Shown here one piece after another: positions 53,127-58,981 of a stretch of DNA of 58,981 nucleotides. Location of the stretch: the IMG/VR virus record IMGVR_UViG_3300035670_000238, positions 1 through 58,981 of that record, one strand, 5' to 3'. How positions within the stretch are numbered: the first letter of the stretch is position 1; every line of letters starts with the position of its first letter. The translations under genes were made by a program, and so were the position numbers. This stretch comes from a virus. Taxonomy: Duplodnaviria; Caudoviricetes. A model generated the notes under the pieces. The model did no database searches. It saw only the letters and a program-made list of their open reading frames with translations, and was not told where the DNA came from.

Positions 53127-54095
53127 ATGGCTCTCCCGAAACAGGTCGAAGAACAACTGAAGCAACTCGAAGAGATTGAGAAGCAGCTTGAGGCTGCGAA
53201 GACCCCGAAAGATCAACCTCCGCAAGAGGCATCTGAGGGCGATACGCAGGCGCAAGCAGAGCAGGATACTCAGACGGTCGCTGAAGCCCCGCCTGTTGAA
53301 GCGAAGCCAGATACATCAGCAGAACCGGCTGTACCAGAGGATACGTGGCAGCAGAAGTACAAGACCCTCAAGGGTATGTACGATGCAGAAGTTCCCCGTC
53401 TCCATGCTCAGGTGAAAGAACTCACAGCGCAAATGAATCGTCTTCAGAGCGCGGTTGAGAAGCCTACGCCGAAAGAGCCTGATAAGCCGACCAAGCTGGT
53501 AACGGATGCTGATGTTCAGACATTCGGTGAGGATTTGATTGAGGTACAACGCAAGGTTGCACGCGAAGTAGCGATGGAGTTCCGCTCTGAGATCGATGCC
53601 CTGAAAGCCGACAATGACAAGCTGCGCGAGCAGCTCCAGTCAACGGGCTCGAAGGTGGTCGAAGCCTCGTTCGAGCAGAAATTGCACCGTTTGGTGCCGG
53701 ATTTCGATGCGGTCAACGTCGATCCCAAGTGGGTCGAGTGGCTCAACGAGTACGATCCGATTCTGCGCGGGCCTCGGAAACTTGTCGCACAGGATGCGTT
53801 CAACCGTGGCGATGCTGATGCGGTAGCAGACTATGTGGTCATGTTCAAAAAGAGCATTGCACCCGTAGAGCCGCCGAAATCCAAAGCTGAAGAACTGAGC
53901 AAACAGGTCCAACCTCGTCGAACGGGTTCTGGTACTGGCCAGCCTGCTCCGCAGGGCAAGACGTACTCAAGTCGTGATATTGAGCGTCTGTTCAAGCAAG
54001 CGGCTGATTTCGGGGCCAAGGGCAAGTTGGACGAGGCACGTAAACTTGAAGCTGAGATCGATGCAGCGTATATGGACGGCCGGGTTACCGCCTGA
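53127..54095 (+). CDS. Capsid scaffolding protein
   Basis: AAGGA RBS; WQQKYKTLKGMYDAEVPRL, coiled coils, EID.A..DGRV; precedes the capsid gene. Confidence 0.85.
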   Translation: MALPKQVEEQLKQLEEIEKQLEAAKTPKDQPPQEASEGDTQAQAEQDTQTVAEAPPVEAKPDTSAEPAVPEDTWQQKYKTLKGMYDAEVPRLHAQVKELTAQMNRLQSAVEKPTPKEPDKPTKLVTDADVQTFGEDLIEVQRKVAREVAMEFRSEIDALKADNDKLREQLQSTGSKVVEASFEQKLHRLVPDFDAVNVDPKWVEWLNEYDPILRGPRKLVAQDAFNRGDADAVADYVVMFKKSIAPVEPPKSKAEELSKQVQPRRTGSGTGQPAPQGKTYSSRDIERLFKQAADFGAKGKLDEARKLEAEIDAAYMDGRVTA

Positions 54096-54145
54096 TATGA
54101 TTGCTGCATCAAAATTCACCAACCTGTTTTATCTAGGAGTCTAAA

Positions 54146-54286
54146 ATGGCTGCCGTTTATCCGGTACAAGCGCCTTTCGATACGAGTACCTCGTATTCAG
54201 GCGCGTTTATCCCGACCCTGTGGTCGGGCAAGCTGCTCGCCAAGTTCTACCAGAACACTATGTTGTCTGAAATCGCCAACACGGAT
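54146..54286 (+). CDS. Major capsid protein exon 1 (47 codons)
   Basis: AGGAG RBS; FIPTLWSGKLL.KFY.......IANTD, which continues as YEGE in exon 2. Confidence 0.9.
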
Positions 54287-55284
54287 TAACCTCATGGTCC
54301 GTGTAAAACTCGGTGAATTGCGGGAAGGCTGAAACGTCAATCCGCAGCCAAGCCCCGAAAGGGGAAGGTTCAGAGACTAGGAATTTAGGTGTGATCTCCG
54401 GGCTTGATGCCCTGAATGGAGGTAGAGATGGAGGCAGTAAATCGAGGTGCCCTTGTTGGTATGTTGTTAGGTGATGGCTATGTCAACACCACCAATGGCA
54501 AGCACGAGTTATCCGTACTGCATAGCATCGCGCAGAAGGACTATTGTGAACACAAAGCTGCTAGGGTCAAGCAGATTTTAGGCGGCAAGTTCAACGTACG
54601 AGAGTACGCAAATGGTCCGGGTGGGCGTTACCGCGCTGTCAAGTTCGTGTCCAGTCATCCGTACTGGGCAAATTTGAAATCGTGGGTTTACCCAAATGGT
54701 CGCAAGACCTATACGCGGCGATTGCTTGAGATGCTAACCCCCGAAGGGATAGCGTTTTGGTACATGGATGACGGTAGTGCTCGTCGCAACACCAACAAAG
54801 ATGGGTGGGTCACTTCGGTTGCTACTGACATAGCTACTATGTGTAGTGAGTCTGAGTGCTTGACCATTCGTGACTACTTCTTAGAAGTGCATCAGATCGA
54901 ATGGAATATACGCTGTAAAAAGGGTTCGCCCTCTGACAAGGCGTTTTACATTCAGTGCAATACGGCTCAATCGCGCAGGTTCGCCGAACTTGTTCGCCCC
55001 TACATCATTCCGTCCATGCTGTATAAGCTGGTCCATGTAGCAAACCTAGATTCCCACGAGTGCCGAGCACCTGTTGGAGCTTGTGACACTTGCGGTGCTA
55101 CGATATACGAACACCGACGCACTGGGCTTTGCTCAGCGTGTTACAGTAAGCGGTACTACCGCACTGTTCGTAGATTTGTAGAGGGCCGCAAACCACGAGT
55201 TGCAGGTGATGAGATAGTCCGACCTAACGCGAATAACGAAGCGTTAGAAGTGGTGGATAAAGAGCCGCCACGATAACAGCCCCG
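54287..55284 (+). mobile_element. Group I self-splicing intron (998 nt) in the major capsid gene
   Basis: Exon ends in U, intron ends in G; P1 ACACGGAU/GUCCGUGU with U.G pair; P10 CCUCAUG/UAUGAGG; P (GAAUUGCGGGAA), Q (AAUCCGCAGC), R (GUUCAGAGACUA), S (GAGAUAGUCC). Confidence 0.95.
54428..55276 (+). CDS. Intron-encoded LAGLIDADG homing endonuclease with C-terminal zinc finger
   Basis: LVGMLLGDGY and GIAFWYMDDGS motifs; GGAGG RBS before 54428; CDTC...CSAC. Confidence 0.92.
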   Translation: MEAVNRGALVGMLLGDGYVNTTNGKHELSVLHSIAQKDYCEHKAARVKQILGGKFNVREYANGPGGRYRAVKFVSSHPYWANLKSWVYPNGRKTYTRRLLEMLTPEGIAFWYMDDGSARRNTNKDGWVTSVATDIATMCSESECLTIRDYFLEVHQIEWNIRCKKGSPSDKAFYIQCNTAQSRRFAELVRPYIIPSMLYKLVHVANLDSHECRAPVGACDTCGATIYEHRRTGLCSACYSKRYYRTVRRFVEGRKPRVAGDEIVRPNANNEALEVVDKEPPR

Positions 55285-56145
55285 TATGAGGGCGAATTGA
55301 AGAACCAAGGCGACACCATCCGCATCCGTCTCGCCCCGACGATCAGCATTTCTGATTACACGGCTGGTATGAACCTGAACTACGAGGTTCCGACCCCGAT
55401 TTATCAGGACATGCAAGTCAACAAGGGCAAGTATTTCGGTGTTCAGGTCAACGATGTTCTGGCGTATCAGTCGGACATGAACCTCATGAACATGTTCACC
55501 GAGGACGCGGCCAAGCAGTTGAAGATCCAGATCGAGAACGAGGTCTTCTTCAACTCCTTCGTCACCGAAGGCCCGGATGCTGCGAACAAGGGTGCGTCGG
55601 CTGGTGCGATCTCCGCTGCCTATAACCTCGGTACGGACACCACTCCGATCGATCAGGCAACGCCCGAGAACGTCCTGAAGGCAATCCTGCGTATGTCGAC
55701 GGTTCTGGACGAGCAGAACGTGCCGGAAGACGGCCGTTGGCTGGTTCTGAGCCCGTTTGACCGCCATCTCCTGATGCAGTCGAACCTTGCGCAAGCCTAC
55801 TTCACCGGTGACTCGTCTAGCACGATCCGTACTGGCAAGATCGGTATGATCGACCGCTTCACGGTCTACGTGTCGAACCTGCTCCCGCGTGGCGCTGCTG
55901 GTAAGGCGTTGGTGGCTGGTTTGTCTGACACCGCGACGGGTGCGGCGGTTGCGAGCGCTAAGGCACGTCGTGTGATGATGGCCGGTACCAAGGCTGCGGT
56001 TTCGTTTGCGATGACCGTAAACAAGACTGAGCCCCTGCGTAACCAGACCGACTTCGGCGATATCGTCCGGGGTCTGGCGGTGTATGGTCGCAAGACTGTC
56101 AAGCCGCAGGCTCTGGTTCTGGCTCAAGTTGGTTCGGCGACCTGA
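55285..56145 (+). CDS. Major capsid protein exon 2 (spliced product 333 aa)
   Basis: YEGELKNQGDTIRI, LDEQNVPEDGRW, GKIG.IDRF.VY.SN.LP, R....FGD.VRGL.VYG.K.V.P. Confidence 0.92.
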   Translation, partial: YEGELKNQGDTIRIRLAPTISISDYTAGMNLNYEVPTPIYQDMQVNKGKYFGVQVNDVLAYQSDMNLMNMFTEDAAKQLKIQIENEVFFNSFVTEGPDAANKGASAGAISAAYNLGTDTTPIDQATPENVLKAILRMSTVLDEQNVPEDGRWLVLSPFDRHLLMQSNLAQAYFTGDSSSTIRTGKIGMIDRFTVYVSNLLPRGAAGKALVAGLSDTATGAAVASAKARRVMMAGTKAAVSFAMTVNKTEPLRNQTDFGDIVRGLAVYGRKTVKPQALVLAQVGSAT

Positions 56146-56154
56146 TCGTGATCA

Positions 56155-56178
56155 CGGGGGCTTCGGCCCCCGGCTTAT
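56155..56178 (+). terminator. Hairpin after the capsid gene (weak terminator or mRNA stabiliser)
   Basis: CGGGGGC-TTCG-GCCCCCG with a UUCG loop and a poor U tract. Confidence 0.55.
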
Positions 56179-56191
56179 CTAGGAGATTGAT

Positions 56192-56560
56192 ATGCCTAAT
56201 GTGACTTCGTACGGCCGCGTAGTTGGCGGCGTTACCACTGGCCTCACGGCTGGTACCACCCAGACGGCTGCTGGCGCTACGGCTCTGACCGGCGCGATCA
56301 ACACCGTCACCGTTGTTGGCACTGACAACGACGGCGTCATTCTGCCCTCGGGCCGTGGTCAAGGTGATCGTGTAACGGTCGCCAACCTCGACGCGGGTCA
56401 GGACATCAAGTTGTACCCCAACACGGGCGGCACGATCAATGGCGCAGCGGCTAACACCCCGCTCGTCGTCGGTCAGCAGCAAGTGGTGGATTGTGTTCAA
56501 ATCGGTACCGATGGTCTGACTTGGATCGCCATTCTTGGCGCTGTCGCAACGCCTGCGTAA
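56192..56560 (+). CDS. Capsid decoration/cement-like protein
   Basis: AGGAG RBS; directly after the capsid gene; small, Gly/Thr-rich, beta-rich. Confidence 0.7.
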   Translation: MPNVTSYGRVVGGVTTGLTAGTTQTAAGATALTGAINTVTVVGTDNDGVILPSGRGQGDRVTVANLDAGQDIKLYPNTGGTINGAAANTPLVVGQQQVVDCVQIGTDGLTWIAILGAVATPA

Positions 56561-56566
56561 TAGGCG

Positions 56567-56597
56567 AGTGGAGGGGGTAACACCCCTCCACTTTATT
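56567..56597 (+). terminator. Rho-independent terminator
   Basis: AGTGGAGGGG-GTAACA-CCCCTCCACT followed by TTATT. Confidence 0.75.
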
Positions 56598-56608
56598 CGG
56601 AGCACTTC

Positions 56609-56869
56609 ATGACTCTTGACGATATTCTGGCCCACACCAAAGGCGAGATCCTCGCCAACAAAGCAACCGCCATCATCGATGGGGTGTACACCGTTCTAGC
56701 TGTTGTCGAAGGCTCGGAATGGGTATTGACGGAAGCAGGACGCGCTGCGGAAGCCGAACTTTCGAACGTGTTGGCACAGAAGCCTCGCAAAACCAAAAGC
56801 ATGCTGGTAGAATCACAAGTGGCTGTGTCTGAGCCCGCACTGGGGCTCCAACCCCAAGGGACGCCATGA
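56609..56869 (+). CDS. Hypothetical protein
   Basis: GGAG RBS; ATGA coupling; LTEAG motif. Confidence 0.7.
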   Translation: MTLDDILAHTKGEILANKATAIIDGVYTVLAVVEGSEWVLTEAGRAAEAELSNVLAQKPRKTKSMLVESQVAVSEPALGLQPQGTP

Positions 56870-57498
56870 AAGCTCTGAGCGCATTCTTTCCGCGTATCCT
56901 GCCGTACCTACCGGGCTGCTCGGAGCCGCTTGCTGAGCAAGCGTTGCGGAATGCCGCTATAGAGTTCTGTGAAGCTGCACAGGTTCTCCGACAGGACCTC
57001 GACCCGTTCAACACGGTCGCGAACGTCTTTCAATACGACCTAGACCCCCCGACGAACCAGCACGACATCTGCCGTGTGTTCAGTGTCATCCTCGATGACA
57101 TCTACTCGTTGCAGGGGGTCCCAGTCGAGGCCGTTCGTACTGTTCCTCAGACCAATTCCCTTCCCCGTGGGTTCTATACTGACCGCACGGACTCGCTGCT
57201 TACGCTCAGGCTGACGCCCACGCCTGACAAAGCCTATGCAGCCGTTGTCAACGTCGCTCTGCGGCCGAAAATCACGGCAACGACGCTTGACGACGACCTT
57301 TACAATATCTGGATTGATCCGCTGGTGGCGATGACCATCTCCAAGCTGGCGCTTATTCCGGGTCAACCATTCACCAATCCCGGCCTTGCACGTTACATGG
57401 AAGAGGCCGCAGCCCGTCAGACAGTGAGTTCTCGCATCGAAGGCAACTATGGCCTTCTGCGTGGCTCCATGCGCGTGCGTACGCGCCCCTTCGCGTGA
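56866..57498 (+). CDS. Head-tail adaptor protein
   Basis: P.LPGC......ALR.AAIEFC; L.PTPD..Y; PGQP.TNP..A. Confidence 0.75.
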   Translation: MKALSAFFPRILPYLPGCSEPLAEQALRNAAIEFCEAAQVLRQDLDPFNTVANVFQYDLDPPTNQHDICRVFSVILDDIYSLQGVPVEAVRTVPQTNSLPRGFYTDRTDSLLTLRLTPTPDKAYAAVVNVALRPKITATTLDDDLYNIWIDPLVAMTISKLALIPGQPFTNPGLARYMEEAAARQTVSSRIEGNYGLLRGSMRVRTRPFA

Positions 57499-57506
57499 GG
57501 TAACCC

Positions 57507-58208
57507 ATGGCTCTTACTGCTCAGTCCATCATTCGTCGTGCGGTTGAGACGCTGCAAGACACCACGTCGGTTCGTTGGCCGGTAAACGAGCTGGTTCGGT
57601 ACCTCAACGACGGTCAGCGAGAGGTTGTTCTCTATCGTCCTGACTCGATGGTCACCAACTCCACCATCACGTGTGTGGCGGGTACCAAGCAATCGCTTCC
57701 GGCTAACGGCGCGAAGCTGATCGAGGTCATTCGAAACGCTGCGGCTACGAGTGACAAGAAGGCCGTACGGATGATCAACCGAGAGATTCTCGATGCTCAG
57801 ACCTCTGGCTGGCACAACATCACTGGGTCGGTGAACATCCTGCACTTCATGTACGACCCGCGTGACCCGAAGGTCTTCTACGTTTATCCGCCTGCTACGA
57901 CTTTAGCGCAGTTGGATATCGTCTACTCGGCCTACCCCACCGACATCACTGAGCCTGCTGATGGCGCGCTCTATACGGCTGTCTCGGGCAACATCAGTCT
58001 GCCGGATATCTACGGCAACGTGCTGCTTGACTACATTCTGTATCGGGCGTACACCAAGGACAGTGCTTACGCTGGCAACGCGGCTCGTGCGCAGGCTCAC
58101 TATGCTGCCTTTGCCAACGCGCTGGGTATTGAGATCCGCGCCACCGTTTCCGTCGCACCCAACCCGGTTGATAATCCCAACCGTGGCACGATGACACAAG
58201 CCGCGTAA
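57507..58208 (+). CDS. Head-tail adaptor/connector protein (DUF6682-like)
   Basis: LQD...VRW...EL..YLN.GQR......PD; FYVYPP; DY.LYRAY.KD. Confidence 0.8.
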   Translation: MALTAQSIIRRAVETLQDTTSVRWPVNELVRYLNDGQREVVLYRPDSMVTNSTITCVAGTKQSLPANGAKLIEVIRNAAATSDKKAVRMINREILDAQTSGWHNITGSVNILHFMYDPRDPKVFYVYPPATTLAQLDIVYSAYPTDITEPADGALYTAVSGNISLPDIYGNVLLDYILYRAYTKDSAYAGNAARAQAHYAAFANALGIEIRATVSVAPNPVDNPNRGTMTQAA

Positions 58209-58219
58209 GGACATGAGCA

Positions 58220-58555
58220 ATGGCCGAAAAGATCAGGCTTGTACAGGGTGATACAGGACCGCAGGTTCGTCTTACCTTCACCGATGAGACCTCTGGTGAC
58301 CCGACGGATCTGACGGGCGCTACGGGCACGCTGTACGTTCGGCTGGTGGGCAGTACGACGGTTGTCATCACTCGTGCGTTGTACATCAACCCAGCTACGG
58401 CCGTTGACGGTGTGGCGTATATCGTCTGGGGCGCTGGTGACCTTGACCAGCCGCCGGGTGACTACGAGGGTGAGGTTGAGATCATCCTTGGTACCGGCGA
58501 GAAGATCACGATCTTCGATCTGTTGAAGTTCAGGATCCGCGCGGACTTCACATGA
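58220..58555 (+). CDS. BppU-N-like Ig-fold virion protein
   Basis: LVQGDT.P.......D......DLTGA...G.Y.GEVEI. Confidence 0.75.
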   Translation: MAEKIRLVQGDTGPQVRLTFTDETSGDPTDLTGATGTLYVRLVGSTTVVITRALYINPATAVDGVAYIVWGAGDLDQPPGDYEGEVEIILGTGEKITIFDLLKFRIRADFT

Positions 58556-58981
58556 ACCTTGATGTTGTCTGGAAGAAGCTTGTAATCGATGCCGACAATG
58601 GGTCCATCGAGCTTGTTGCTTCGCCTGAATACGTCACGCTGGCTACCGAGGTAGGTCTCTTCATCTGGTTCATCTACAAGGAAGACACCGCCACGCTCAG
58701 TGACGGCACGGCGTTCTCGTTCGGCAAGCTTCTGACAGACACACCGTTCGTATCAGACGCACAGGCTCGTGCGTTCGGCAAGTACGCTGCTGACACCCTG
58801 ACCGCGATGGATGCGCGGACATTTGCGTTTGGTAAAGGCCTGTTCGACACCGCCGCTGCGACGGATGCACTGGCTAAGTCGATGGGCAAGTTATTGCCCG
58901 GAGAGACGGCTACAGCGCTGGATTCACCAGCCAAGACGTTCGGTAAGTTCTTGACGTCCACTGCAACGGTTACAGACGATC
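58552..58981 (+). CDS. 5' part of the virion protein that continues at position 148
   Basis: ATGA coupling at 58552; open to the window end; FGK repeats. Confidence 0.8.
   Translation, partial: MNLDVVWKKLVIDADNGSIELVASPEYVTLATEVGLFIWFIYKEDTATLSDGTAFSFGKLLTDTPFVSDAQARAFGKYAADTLTAMDARTFAFGKGLFDTAAATDALAKSMGKLLPGETATALDSPAKTFGKFLTSTATVTDD
58835..58981. repeat. Terminal direct repeat, right copy
   Basis: Matches 1-147 with one substitution. Confidence 0.95.

Noticed and set aside
55156-56127. 323-aa antisense ORF and similar long shadow ORFs elsewhere
   Set aside because: They lie opposite well-supported genes, which is expected from GC-rich codon bias.

Overview
The window looks like a complete, circularly permuted genome of a tailed dsDNA phage of about 58.8 kb, with podovirus-like ejection proteins. 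Bases 1-147 recur at 58835-58981 with one mismatch, and one structural gene reads across that junction. The + strand arm (47481 to the end, then 1-23620) carries terminase, portal, scaffold, capsid, adaptors, tail fibres, lysis genes, ejection proteins and six tiny Lys-rich ORFs. The - strand arm (about 47230 down to 23621) carries early genes, an AAA+/VWA pair, many small ORFs, a family A DNA polymerase, a Cas4-like nuclease, VRR-NUC, an SNF2 helicase, an SSB and a primase-helicase. I recognised no integrase, RNA polymerase, tRNA or CRISPR array. Highlights: (1) a 998-nt group I intron splits the major capsid gene, and its LAGLIDADG ORF reads through the ribozyme core and gains a zinc finger inside P8; (2) seven copies of a 16-bp palindrome, TAATCCCRYGGGATTA, punctuate the early region at module boundaries; (3) a non-coding control region with bidirectional iterons, IHF-consensus sites and a 7-bp microsatellite; (4) a 2200-aa polyvalent ejection protein with a HExxH peptidase and an apparently inserted ADP-ribosyltransferase-like domain; (5) an Acb2/Tad1-like anti-defence candidate. 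Family names come from motif recognition only; no database search was run.
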